A stretch of DNA of 63,350 nt, the filler included, from Hyphochytrium catenoides (lineage: Eukaryota; Protista; Hyphochytriomycota), in the NCBI GenBank assembly GCA_900088475.1. It is 8 parts of 8 records of this genome, joined end to end, with 100 filler letters (N's around TTAATTAATTAA, not from the genome) between each part and the next. Parts side by side here need not be neighbours in the genome. Positions count along the whole stretch, not along the records: positions 1 to 11,558 come from FLMG01001140.1; positions 11,659 to 37,580 come from FLMG01003830.1; 6 more parts are not named here. One strand, 5' to 3'. Shown in pieces: positions 1-12,378 of this stretch. The position numbers were made by a program, and so were the translations under genes. The first letter of the stretch is position 1. Each line of letters opens with the position of its first letter. The notes under the pieces were generated by a model. The model made no database searches. It was not told the origin of the DNA and was given only the letters and a program-made list of their open reading frames with translations.

Positions 1-847
1 AGAGAGAGAGAAAGGAGAGTTGAGTGCGTCGATGGCTGATGGCTGGCTGGCTGGCTTGATGCGAATGGGAGGAAGGACGGGGAAGAGGAGAGAGAGAAAG
101 GCTGTTACATAAGAGGACCTCGCCTTACTTCACACTAGAACATCAGCAGCTCGCACTTTCTGTCATCTATACTTGTTAATTCACAGAATCGAGCGGGGGA
201 CTAGTGTTAGTAAGACTGAGATTCTCGTGAGGAGAATCGCCAAACAGTTAAATAGTCAATTTACATCTCTGGGTTGTCAATTTGACACTACTTGAAGGGA
301 CCAAAAGATACGTCTGCTAGAAATCTTTCCTTTTTTGCTTGGCATTACTGTAGACTACTGTCAATAATAGGGGCGTTCGTTCCTTCTGCCTCTTAGGGCT
401 GTGTAAACTACAGGGAAGACTTTCTTCTTTTTCTCTTTCTCCCTCTCTCTCTCTGTCCCTGTCTCTCTCTCTCTCTCTCTTTCTCTTTCTCTCTGTGTGT
501 CTCTCTCTATTCCCGGCTGTCTCGCACCTCTTCTTTTACCCCTATCTGTCGCTCACTCCGTTCCTCGTCACTCTCTCTCTCTCTCTTTTATCAGGACTCT
601 TCCCTCTGATGCTGTTGCTCTCTGCTCGTTCTTCCGCTACAGTGAAGATTTCCTTAGTGGAAGTCTCGGCCGGCCTTCCGCTTCTCTTTGTCTCCTTGGG
701 TGAAGCAGAGACTCTCTGGTGCTACCACGCCCTCCATTTCTCCTTCTCACTCTTCCCCTACTGACACTAGCAACCAGCTCCTACAGTCTACAGTCAGTGT
801 CAAGAGGAGAGAAGGAGCAAGGGAGAAGGAAGAGTCAATAGCGAAAG

Positions 848-1228
848 ATGGCGTCTCGTCTAGGCAGCAAGCTGAAGGGGAAAGTGGCGGTCATCACCGG
901 TGCAGGAGGAGGGATTGGCAGACAGACCTCTCTGCTCTTCGCGCGCGAAGGTGCCAAAGGAGTCGTTTGCGCGGACCTGAACATGAAGGAGGCACAGAAG
1001 ACGGCGCAGATGGTGCAGAAACTCATTGGGAAAGACGGTGTAGCTCTCCCCATCGCCACGGATGTGTCTAAGGCCGGTAAGAGTGATGAAGGCGCCGCGG
1101 GAGAGCAGAACAGCCCCGGCAATCAGAGAAAAATAACCAGACGCCGGTCAAGGCTAAAGGTGGAGGGTTTGACATTAAACATACAGGAGTAGAATTAACG
1201 AGAGAGATTATGGGGGAGGAAAGAGAGG

Positions 1229-1274
<46 letters not shown>

Positions 1275-2738
1275 CACAGACAGAGAATGAGGATTGATCT
1301 TCTACTTCATCTAACTATAATGTGTGGCCCCAGCTGAGGTTCAGCGGCTAGTAGAGACGACGGAGGAGAGCTTCGGCTCCCTTCACATTCTTTTCAACAA
1401 CGCGGGGATCATGCACCCGGAGGACGACGGCGCAGAGACGACAGAGGAACACATCTGGGACCTCACGATGAACGTCAATGTCAAAGGTACTCTAGCTCAT
1501 GCCGTCTCCTGCCTCACCCTACAGCTTTCCCCTTTTCACAAGGTGTCTCTCTCTTTCGCCCTCTCTCTCTTCCATGTGATATCCCGCTCTCGCTCCTTCT
1601 CTTATTCTCGCGTTTCTTAATCCCATCTTCGTTGTTGCACGATATTCCTTCCTTGTGCTTGTCCTTCAGCCCTTCTCACTGCTGAGCGGCTAGGTCTCTG
1701 ACATGTGTTTCCTCCCATCTTTTGCTCCTTGCTCCTCGTGCTTCTCTGCTCGCTAGCTCTTCTCGTTCCTCCTTTTCGCTCTGGACTCTTCCCGCTTCCC
1801 CTCTAATTCTCTCAGGTTTTTGCCTTTCTTCTTGACCCTCTGATCGCTACTATCTCCTCATTCGTTCTCGTCGCTCTCTTGCAGGGGTATTCTTGGGCTG
1901 CAAGTACGGCATCCCTGCCATCCGTCGCTCAGGAGGTGGCTCCATCATCAACACCGCGTCCTTCGTCGGTGTCGTCGGTGCTGCCACTCCTCAACTCGCT
2001 TACACAGCCAGCAAAGGTGCTGTCCTCTCTCTCTCTCGGGAGCTGGCAGTGATCCATGCGAGGGAGAACATTAGAGTTAATGCTCTCTGTCCCGGACCGC
2101 TGAACACGCCTCTCCTTCAGAGCTTCTTGAACACCGAAGAAAAGAAACAGAGAAGATTGGTCCACGTACCGATGGGAAGGTAAGGGAAGGCCATAGATTA
2201 CAAAGAGCCATAGAAGTGGAAAGCGATAGACGAGAATGACTTGGCTTCCCGTAAGAGCTGGAGTAACTTGTAGATGTTCGCCAGAGGGTAAGAGGATAGA
2301 GAGCATGGTCTTTCAACTGTAGAGTGAGGGAGGATAAGACGTTGAGTGGAGGACAAGAGAGAGAAGACGACTGAGCTAAGATTGAAGGGGAATACAGCAT
2401 CCCCATATTCGTTGTACAGGGCCCTGTGGCGCGCGTAATCACGTGCAGCGGCCAATGGGCTGAGGCCGGCCCGCGTCTCTGTCGTTTCCTGCTTGCTACC
2501 ACTCTTTCACCTCCCTTATCTCTTGTCCTGTCTCGTCTCTCACTGATTACTCTTGACTCTGCATTGACTTTCCAGGTTCGGAGAAGCTGCAGAGATGGCA
2601 AAGGCGGCACTCTTTCTAGCATCTGACGATTCTTCCTACGTCACTGGCACCTCCTTCCTCGTGGACGGAGGGCTCACTGCGGCGTATGTCACTCCTGAGG
2701 GCGAGGTGGACCCTTTCGGTGGGCCTAAGGAGATCTAA
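848..2738 (+). CDS. Classical short-chain dehydrogenase/reductase (FabG/glucose-1-dehydrogenase-like), 4 exons
   Basis: Exons 848-1076, 1334-1486, 1885-2179 and 2576-2738 join in frame at GT-AG sites. Motifs: [21 protein letters not shown] (YxxxK), IRVNALCPG and C-terminal [14 protein letters not shown] at 2736-2738. Confidence 0.93.
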
Positions 2739-3355
2739 GGATGAAGCGGAAAGAGACAACCGAGAGAAGGAGGGGACGAACGTGACAGCTCCACCACCTA
2801 TTCATTGTGCTTTCTTGGGCTTTCTCCTCCCAACACTATCTGTGAAGCTCTAGTGATTAAGTCGATGCATTACTTTGATACTATTGCGCCTCGTGTTCTC
2901 TTACTGTCTTGTCTTTCCTTCCGTCATTATCGTAGGACATGGCGACTGGCCCTCTTGAGCTCTCTTCTTGTACCTTAGCTTCCTCGTCCTGGATTCCTCT
3001 TTCCACTCTCTTGCCTGGTACTTTCGCCTTCCTCTGCCTCTATAGTGCCAGCAGATCCATGTCCATCCTCCTCAAGGCTGTCTATTCTCCCAATCATCAG
3101 TCTCTGTCAAATTCTGGTTTCGGGGTTATGTTCCTGAGCCTCGTTCTTCTGCTCCTCTTGATACTTCTGCCAACATCGGCACGGTGCAAGCCTCTATTGC
3201 TACTGCCTCGCCGAGAGCAGCGGTAAAGAGACATGCCTCCCCTGGAGACTTCTATAATGTCCAGTCTGCCTGCGCATCTCTTTCTCCCTTCTCTGTCCCA
3301 AGTTTTGGCACACATGGTACTTTCGAGTCCGTTTCTCTTCGTGAGGGCTCTCCCA

Positions 3356-5639
3356 TTAGCTAAGAAGCTCCAGCTCTCTTGCTCTTTCCTCTACGTCCAG
3401 CGCTAAGCGCCACACCTCCTCTAGGCTGGCGTCGGAGAGTAACAGAAGATACTCTTCCTTCTTCCCATTTTCACTCTCGGTCACTCTTATAAAACCTGCA
3501 GCCAGGAAGAGGTCAATACCTCCCCGAACGGAGGCCACTCGTTGCTGAAACCCTTTGTTGCCTATCCGAATTTTTCTAAACTTCTCTTCCTGTAAGATGA
3601 AGGAGAGAACAGATTAGTATGGGCTGGAGAGGATTTGACTCCCTTTATCGCCTGAGCGCCACCTCTCCGACCTTATCCGTTCCTTTGCTTTCCAGTCGAG
3701 AGCAGATGTGTGTCCTCTGCTTCTCTCCCTCATCACAGCCCCTCTCCCATACATCTGTCTTCTAGCTAGCTTATGTTCCAGCCGACCGTCCTACCTCAGG
3801 TTCGTCGATAATATTTCTAAGCATTTTGGCTGCAGTAGACAGAGCGACAATAGCTTTGCCCTTGCCCTCCTGGTCCAGGTTCGGTTCTGACATTAGATAG
3901 TCCAAGTCTTCGCTTCTTACTCCTCCTTGTTCACTCTGCTTTATCTCTTCCACTTCATTGCCACCATCCGGAGGAGCAGATGAAGAGGAAAAGGAACTGA
4001 TACCCAAGCTCTCTCCCGCCTTTCCTGCCAAGTGCTCAGCGACTATATCGTCTTGGATGTCCGGAGGGAGAGAAGCAAAGACTGTAGGGTCATAGCCAGG
4101 AGGACATCGTCTCTCAGGCCATCTGAACCTACGGGGAGAGGAGGTGGCGACAGGCGGCGGCGGACTTGATCCTTTGTCTTTGGCTCCTGTCCTTGAAGCT
4201 TCTCTCTCTCCAGCGTGTGAACGAACGCTTTTCCCTATATCTGCCGCTGCGCCTGGCTCTGGGGCACCAACGATAGCGACTCTCGCCTGGTGGGACTGGG
4301 GAAGAGATAAGTTACAGCGTCATAAGGGGGGAAGAGTGCAAAAGGAGGCCGGCCAGTGAGGGAGAAACCATCGAGGGGCCAGTAAGATAACCATCACTTC
4401 TTCCTATAATTTCATTCTATCTGCTTCTTTGGCTCTCTTCTCTCCTGCCTTTCTCCTACCGTGGCAAAGGAGGCTGCGTATGGATTGAAGCCCATGGCTT
4501 CTACTTCCTCTTGCTCTTTCTGCTTGATCTGCTCAGGGGAGAGATCCTGACCCGCTTTAAAGTGAATGAGACGGAGGCAAGGTGGACGCAGGCAAAGAGG
4601 TTGAGAGTCAAGGGGAAAAAAAGTAAGAGGCAAAGAAGGGAAACAAAGGGAGAGGCAGAGTAGAGATAATCGCCTGGGCCTTGCTGACAGGGCAGTGAAG
4701 AATGACTTCGGGTATATGAAGAACATAAAAGACGAAAGGAAAGAGAAAGGAGGAAGAGAGAGCGAGAGAAAGAAAGAGAGAACGCTACCAGGTGAGCCCA
4801 ACACGGGAGATGGCGCAGGAAGAGACCGCTCGACGCTCTCTCCCGCTAGGATCTTGGCTTCCACGCTCCAGGAAGGCAAAGAGTTGGGCTCCCTTGCCTT
4901 CCTTTCTCTTCCAATCGCTTCTGCCACGCTCCTGTCCTCTTCTCGGCCAGAGATGCCTGATAGGAATGGAGATGAGGTTGAGACAGAAGAGAAACCACAG
5001 GCGCAAGAAGGGTGGGGCTGGAGAAAGGAAAGACAAGAAGAAGAAATGCATTCCTTGGAAGAGACGTTCTTCTTTCTCTTTGTTGCTCTTTTCTCTCCTC
5101 TCCTTGGCCGTTCTGTCTGGCTCTACCTGCCTGGGAAACCGCCGTACATCATTTGCATTTGTCTCTCCTTTCTAGCTTGTTCCCTTCCCCGGCTCATTAT
5201 TACCTGCAGCTCTCTTCGCTGCGCCTTCTCCTCCTCAGAGAGATTGGGGCTAGATTTCTGGGTCGGGATAGAGGGAAGGCAGAAGCAGAATTACTAAGAG
5301 AGACACATGTCGCATGCAGTGCCACGCAGGCGGATAATAGACCGGTGGAACCAGAAAGAGACGCTGCTGAAGCGACAAAGTTGAAGGAAAGGTGCAAGAG
5401 CACCATGGGTCGTGAGGAGGGGCTGAGGGAGAGGAGCCGTTGAAGGAGCCAACGAGATGTCTTTGCCGCACCTTAAAGAGCCCTCCCTCCCTCTTTTTCG
5501 GCTCCTCTCTCTTATCTCGTTCTCTCCTTTGTTCTTCTCCTTCACCGCCATCCCCCAGCCGATGCCCTGGGCCCTTGCGCGCCGTCTTGACTGTGACGGC
5601 GTTCTGAGCCTTTGACAGCGCCGCCTTTAGCTTGTCCAT
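3356..5639 (-). CDS. PUB-domain protein with a ubiquitin-binding motif (putative p97/Cdc48 cofactor), multi-exon
   Basis: Starts MDKLKAALSKAQ...GPGHRLG. UBM-like CPPGYDPTVFASLPPDIQDDIVAEH at ~4030-4106. PUB domain ALSTAAKMLRNIIDEPE|EEKFRKIRIGNKGFQQRVASVRGGIDLFLAAGF is split by an intron (~3590-3795). One internal junction (~4866-4897) is ambiguous. Confidence 0.8.
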
Positions 5640-6638
5640 CCTGTCTGGCTCTTTGTCTCTCCTGAGAGCGCCTCTGAGGCCGCCTCGGCTTCTGAGCTTC
5701 GTTATCAAGCAAATTTCTGGCCTTCTTCTCTTCGTCAAGCTCTATTCTTTGCCGCTGTCGTCCTCCCCAGGCCCGAGCCTCCTCTCTCCCGCGCCCGTTC
5801 TCTCCCCTCTCCGTCCCTCTCTACATCGCTGACCCAGGCAGCGCAAGGCAAGTGCCTAACGAGGGAAAGGAAAGTCAAAACATCACGAATCACGATCATT
5901 ACCGTCAATAAACAATCCTCCGTTCACAAAATGTGATGTGAATTCACACACAAGAGGAAATGACAGTGACACTGTTTCTAGAAAAAAACAGCCAACTAGG
6001 GTAAAGCTTGCTTATTTTCGCACGGTAAATGTCATAGTGTCAAATATTTGCTATATTGACAAAGAGCAGGCTTTGACTCTTCTGGTCATGCTGCGAAGCT
6101 CATCTCGATCCTCCTCTCTCCTCCTCCCTCCTCCCTCTCTACCTGTTCAGAGGGCGGTCATCACTCCTTCAGATGCTGCCCCGTGGTCCGCTCCCACCGT
6201 CTCGCTCTCTTTCTCTTCTCTTCTTTCCTTCTCTGTCTTCCTCTTCCCGCTCTACAGCCCCTTCCTCTCCTTGGTCTGCCTCTTTCTCTCCTGGCGACTG
6301 CCGCTTGCCGACACCACAGCTCTTCCTCTTTCCAATCTTCTAATTCACTAGTTAAGTGTCCTTCTTCCTCTCCCCTGGGGTGCTCATTCTATGTCCAGCA
6401 CCACCTCTCTCAGGATGACGACGGAAGAGGACAGACACAGCCGGAAGAGGTAGCGCGAGAGAAGTCAATGCACAGAGCGAGAAGTCAACGGTCGGAGGAC
6501 AGACAGGCAGACTATGGTCTGGTTGACTCTTATCTCCTAAAGAAAGCGGGATTCTATGCTTAAGTTCTCCTAGTAAGAAATGAACATGCAGTCTCTATGA
6601 CCTTGCCTCCCTCCTTTGCCGCTCTCCCTACAGTTCTC

Positions 6639-9600
6639 TCACATTCCCCAGAAATCGACGCCCTCAAGGTAGTCGACGTCCCATACAAAGCTATTGGAGC
6701 CGTGCTTGGTCTCTCCCTCAGCAGGGGGACAGCCTCCATGGAGAGAGAGAGGGTCCAGAGTGCCGTCTGGGTGTTTGTGATAGAAGAGAGCAGCGGTCGC
6801 TCGTGAGGAAGGAACTGCCAGGCCCTTCTCGCATTCGGACATCAGCTGAGAGAGAGAGAAGGAGGTTTTAAGAGAGCTAGACAGAGTGATATGAAGGATC
6901 AGAAAATCTACGCGGCAGGCAAGAGAGAATGTAACCGAGAATCACCCACAGATCGTGGGAGGAAGCTTAAAACGGGAGAGAGACATGAAGAGAACCCAAG
7001 AATGCTCTGCCCTGAATCTTGAGATCAGAAGACAGAGAGTAGACGAAGAGAAGCTCCTTGCCGCACAGGTGCAAGGTAGAACGAGATGCAAAAAACCCTT
7101 GATAGAGACGAGAGAGAGGACCATGTCAGCGCTCACCTCTCTACTCTTATCTGAGAGGACTCTGTCATTCTTGTACGGCGCCCGAGGAAAGACGGTCTGG
7201 CCGCCAGAGCTGACGTCGGAGAGGTACATAAAGATCGTTGCGAACCGGTTCGGCTCAATCCAGGGCACATGTTGAGGCATACTAGAGACCGGAGAGAGCA
7301 AAAGAGAGGTGAGGAAACAGAGATGACAGCATTTAGAGCTGAACGTTTTCTGACGAGTCGGGACAATGAACGTAACATGATCTATTAGAATAGAAGAGAT
7401 CGAGCTCTACACCCGCAAGAGAGGCTTAGCAGCACCCAACAAGCGAAGAAAAAGAAGAAAAACAGCGCATTTAAGGGCCCGTGAAGCACAAGCGCCGCAC
7501 AAAGTCACAAGGAAAGGTGTCAGCAGCGTCGGGGGGGCTAATTGGCTTACCTGTAGTGCAGCTTAGAACCAGCTTCCTTCTCAAAGGCCTTCAAAGAGAA
7601 GACGATTATGCTCTGATGGAGTTCTTCTGTCTCTCTCTCTCCTGACCCTCGTGCCTCGGTCCCTCTTGGCTTCAGCCATTCTTAGTTATTTAACACTTCT
7701 GGGACCCTTCGCCCCTCTCCCGCCCCTCTAGACCAAGCATTGAGCTATCTAATGAGCGATCCTAGCGCCATTCTTCGTCACACACACCGCTTGGGCTGAG
7801 GTTTTCTAAGTTGTACCTTTATGGCAACGGAGAGTATCCTCTTATCCTCTGTGATGTACTTAAGCAGAAAGCGATTGGTGTCAACGTCAGCTGCCATTTG
7901 TGTCCTCACTGACTCCTGAATCTCCTCTTCCGTCCACAGCTCTGGGTACTTGGACATCGTCTGTGCTAGAGTCTTCATAAAGCTTCGGCGGTACGATGGG
8001 AATAGAGCACGCCCAGGCTGAGGACGTGTTCGGAGGGGTGGCAATCAGGAGAGGTGTGAAGCAGAGGAAAGACAGGTCAGCTGACTGGAGGGAGCACTCT
8101 AAAGAGAAATGCTCTTCCCGACATCAAGCAAAACAAACTTTTGCCCACACCTTGACTATCTCCGGGCAGTCATCTCCTAAGCGGAACACCTGCTCCTTCG
8201 CCCATCGGATCCACCTCGTGTACTGAGCAACAGGATGGCCTTCCCGCACTAAAGGCTGTCCACTGATGGGAAAAGATTGGCGGTCAGTCCATGCCCATCT
8301 CCGTATGCTCTCTCAGTTGCTTGTTATATAAACCTGCTCAGAGCTTCTTCTCTTTCCTAACCCCTTCCTTCGTCCATCGTCCTTTGGTCATCCTCGTCCT
8401 CCTTAACACTTCAACTACACTCTCTAAAACCTGCCAGCGCTGCTATCCTCGCCTTGCCTTCTCTTGCATCCACATGCGGCGGCCTCCCTTGCCTTCCAAC
8501 CCCTTTGGCCCCACTTACGAGAACACGTCAGCGAAGTGCGGTCCGGCTGCTCTTTGCCAGGCGCTCTCAAGATATTCGTTGACCCAACTCAAGCTCTCCA
8601 CCATCGTTTTGATGATGTTGACAGCGCCATTGCGTACGTTCTCCTCCACCTGGACGAGTAGTTAGAGAGCTTAGCGACAGTAGGACAATAACGGCAAGAG
8701 TGGGGGGAACTGAGTAAATGGCAAGGAAGGCACATCAGCGCCTCGAAAGATTGAAGCACTCTTCTCGCCAATTGCCTAATGAGCTCCAAATCCCACCTAT
8801 CCCTGCCCCGACCCTACTTTGGCGGGCTGGCCTACTGCAAACCATTGTGAAGACTTTCTCATCTGGAACAACAGTGAGACAATCCTCGTTCTATTTCCCT
8901 TCCTCTCTTTTCCCCTCCACTTACCCATGAAACCCAGCGTTCGTCAAGCGGGTTGTCCTCCTGCTTGAGCAGCTCCTTTAGTAGCTCCCATTGGAAACTC
9001 CTGAAGTCCTGCGGGTCAGGATACAGACGCCCGCCAGGACGCACATCTTCGCTGAGCACCTCGCCGAACTCCTCCACCTTATCTCGCGCCCACTGCGCCC
9101 AGGATTGGTAGCGCTGGAAAGCTGAACCAGCCATTTTGTCATGGTCTGGCAGAATCTTGACGTGTTCGAAGTAGTCATAGTGCGCACGGTAGAACTGGCC
9201 AGGGGAATAGCGCACGTACTGGAGAGACTCAGCGTACCCTAAGGTATCGAAAAGAAAAGGTAAGCACAAGCCACAGCCGTCAAGAGATGGGGCACATGGG
9301 TCACAGCAGTCAAGGACTTTCAATCAAACTCCATCCAAGTGAGGAAGAGAGATATGTAGGATGACACCAGGGCAACATGTCAGATGATACGGTGAGTCAA
9401 GTTAACAGAGTGCACCCTCAGCGTTAGTCCTAGGGACAGACAAAGAACTCATCATATTAGGAGCGAGAGAGGCTGACAGAAGCCATACCAGGGCTCGGTA
9501 GGCGGAGGATCCTTCCTGTTCTGTACTGGAAGTCCCGCGTGAGGTTTGATTTGTGAAGATAGGCCGTGTGGCTAGTGCGAGCCGAGGACAGCTTCCGGAC

Positions 9601-11226
9601 TGACGTTGTCCCATCATCTGACACGACGGTTGACTGGGCCAAGAGCGGTGTGCCTGAGAGAAGCAGGGATGACTCTTCTTCGTATATTGCTACGACCCTG
9701 TTTCTCGCAGTTGCTGTCTCTCTGCCTCTCTTGAGTCGCCCTATGGCCCTATGCTGTCTGTTATCAGCAAGCTATTGTCCTTTCTGTTGCCTTCTCTTTC
9801 TTTACGCTCGCCCTTTCCACTCATTTCATGTTCTCTACCTGGCGCAAGACATGATTTATCTGGCGGACTTACCTTCCTCCCTTACTTGGTCTGCCTCCGA
9901 CGGAGTGAGAAAGCCTTCCAAATGAAACACTTTCGGAGTAAGTGAGACCGTCCGTAGGGTCACTCCGTCCACCTTGAAGGTATGACCAACCTTTATCCCT
10001 GGCCAGACCCAATGCTGTCCATCCAGCAGCACATAAACAATGTTCTTGCTTTCTTCAACTCCATCAGCCGAGAGAATGGCCTCTCCCTTCTGATTGTATA
10101 GCCGTGGCCCCAACGCCACGTACCGCTGGTCGACTCGTGACGCCTCCGCCCAGCCCTCGACGAGCTCGAAGAGGCAGGGAGAGTGCACAGAGCGGTCCCA
10201 CTCCAGCAACACACCGCGGTTATTCCCATTCCTCATGACCAAGACGCGATTTTGCGCCACCAGCTCACGCTGAGGAGATTCGAAGACGCTGTTCACGTCC
10301 ACCTGTGTGGCTGAGACAAGGGAATTTTGAGTGAACCTTGTAGGCAGAGCGAGGTGTTGTCACATAGAAGGGTAAGGGCAAGTGAGCAGACAAGCGACCA
10401 GCGCCGAAAAGCGTAGGAAGATGTCCCCGTAGAGAGCTAAAGACAAGCATGACAATTTGGACCCTGGTGAGGAACCGTTTATCTAAGACACAGCGTACCT
10501 AGTACTCTAGGAGGGGAAGCGCAGCTTCCTGAGCGCTCCAGCGTCATTTCTCCTTTCATGGACCAGAAGTGCGACCCCATCTCGTCCCAATGGCTCTGAG
10601 GACTCTGGGTGTAATTCCCAATGGCAAGAGAGATGGGAGCCACTTCGGAGCTAGCCGCCAAGCTGCGCCTACGGCGAAAAGGGAATTTCTAAATGTCAGA
10701 TGGATCTGCGCTGTCCGTGTTCAGATCCATTCCATTCGTTTTTTCCTGTTTGTTCCTCTCGTGAACGCCAACTTTTCTGTGGCTCTAAAACTGTCACTTA
10801 CTTGTTATAGAAAGAGTGAGCGATGGATTTTATCTGTTCTCTCTGCTCCCAGAGCTGCGAGCCGAGCACCGAGAGGAGCACCGCCGACAGCGGGAGAAGA
10901 AGGGACATCTTTCTCTCCTTCTTCTGCGGCGCCGCGGTGTCTGACTCAACTTTGGTTGGAGTCCCATTGGTCTTGCCCTTGGGGGAGGCTTTTTCTGAGT
11001 GAATATATAGAAGAGAAGAGTAAGCTCAGAATCCTTACAAGAAAAGAAGGACGCCAGCCAGCAGAGAATTATCAAAAAATTTAGAGCCGGTCAGCCCAAG
11101 AGCATGAGGACATGGGAACGAAGAGACGTAGCGAGAAAAGAAAGGAGAATACATTCACAGATGGAGATGGGCCCTCCACTCACCGCCGTGTTCTTTCATC
11201 TCTGCCTCCGCCCCAGCCTTCGCCAT
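6639..11226 (-). CDS. Membrane-anchored prolyl 4-hydroxylase-like 2OG-Fe(II) dioxygenase, ~12 exons
   Basis: N-terminal hydrophobic stretch SLLLPLSAVLLSVLG. P4H motifs: PKVFHLEGFLTPSEAD, SSARTSHTAYL, ESLQYVRYSPGQFYRAHYDYF (HxD), NRFATIFMYLSDVSSGGQTVFP and LDPLSLHGGCP...ETKHGSNSFVW (distal His, 2OG-binding Lys). The exon phases I checked are consistent. Confidence 0.9.
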
Positions 11227-11558
11227 GAGTAGCGCCTCCGTCAGAAGACAGCCTCAGCAGGTCCAGTATCGTCTCTGATATTCAGCTACTAGTTCCCCAA
11301 GCCTCTCTCACAATCCTCTCCTCTGACTCTGTTGTCTCTGTCTCTGTGATGCAAGAAGAGTTATCTCCGCGCCTCGGGCAGGCAGGCAGCCTTGAGAGTT
11401 CTGAAGGCGCTTCCTCAGTGTCATCAGAACCCACCTCTGGCAGACGGCTAGGATCCGACACTCAGCACTCCTCAACACTCCAAGAAAGAGAAAAAGAGAC
11501 AGGAAAGAGAGAGAGAGCGAGAGAGAGAAGGAGAGAGAGAGAGAGAGAGAGGGAGAGA

Positions 11559-11658
11559 NNNNNNNNNNNNNNNNNNNNNNNNNNNNNNNNNNNNNNNNNN
11601 NNTTAATTAATTAANNNNNNNNNNNNNNNNNNNNNNNNNNNNNNNNNNNNNNNNNNNN
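11559..11658. other. Assembly gap with artificial TTAATTAATTAA contig linker
   Basis: 44 N + TTAATTAATTAA (11603-11614) + 44 N. The same structure occurs at 37581-37680, 39292-39391, 42904-43003, 44477-44576, 46447-46546 and 50605-50704. Confidence 0.97.
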
Positions 11659-11932
11659 AGAGAGAGAGAGAGAGAAAGAACGGGCGGAGGGGGAGAATTG
11701 GGAGGAGGGAAAAGCATAGAGAGAGGAGGACGTGGAAATGAACAGAGACACGAAGGTGTCAGCAGAGACTGCAGCAGATAACGGACTGCAGACCGCAAGT
11801 GTCTCAGATCCGAACGTGCGAGCTAAAGCAAGGGGCACCCAAGAGAGAGAGCAAAAGGGAGAGAGAAAGGGAGCCAACCGGGGGCGGAGAAAGCTGTTCC
11901 TCTCAATAAATTACTGGCAGGACAGGGTGCAA

Positions 11933-12328
11933 ATGGCGCGCGGCAAGAAGGCTGCTTCGGGAAAGAAGGAATTGGAGGGCGAAGAGAGCAAAGCGACGAG
12001 GAGAGAACAAGGAGAAGAGGAGCCGAGAAAGAGAAACGCAGCAGCAGCAGAAAACATTATGGAAGAGCGACCGGAAGGAGACACGCTGCGCACTGATGAT
12101 GATTTGGCGGATGACTGGGCCGTCGAAGGAGAGGCAGTTCCGGTAGATCTGCAGTCAGAAGATGAGGACGAAGAGAGAGAGGAAGAAGAAGCAAGTCAAA
12201 GCGCAGACGGGGTGTCGGAGGGAGAAGAAGATCATGAAGAGACTGACAAAGAACAGAGCAAGAAACGCTCCCTGACAGGTTTACAAACGCTCCTCAAAAT
12301 TTTTACTCTCTCTCTCTCCCTCTCTCTT

Positions 12329-12378
<50 letters not shown>

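Noticed and set aside
495-764. S/L/F-rich ORFs here and at 12806-13506, 30555-31065, 34973-35539 and 37629-38419
   Set aside because: They are translations of CT/GA microsatellites and introns, which lack stop codons for compositional reasons.
4695-5297. 200-aa plus-strand ORF
   Set aside because: Antisense to the PUB gene, non-ATG start and low complexity.
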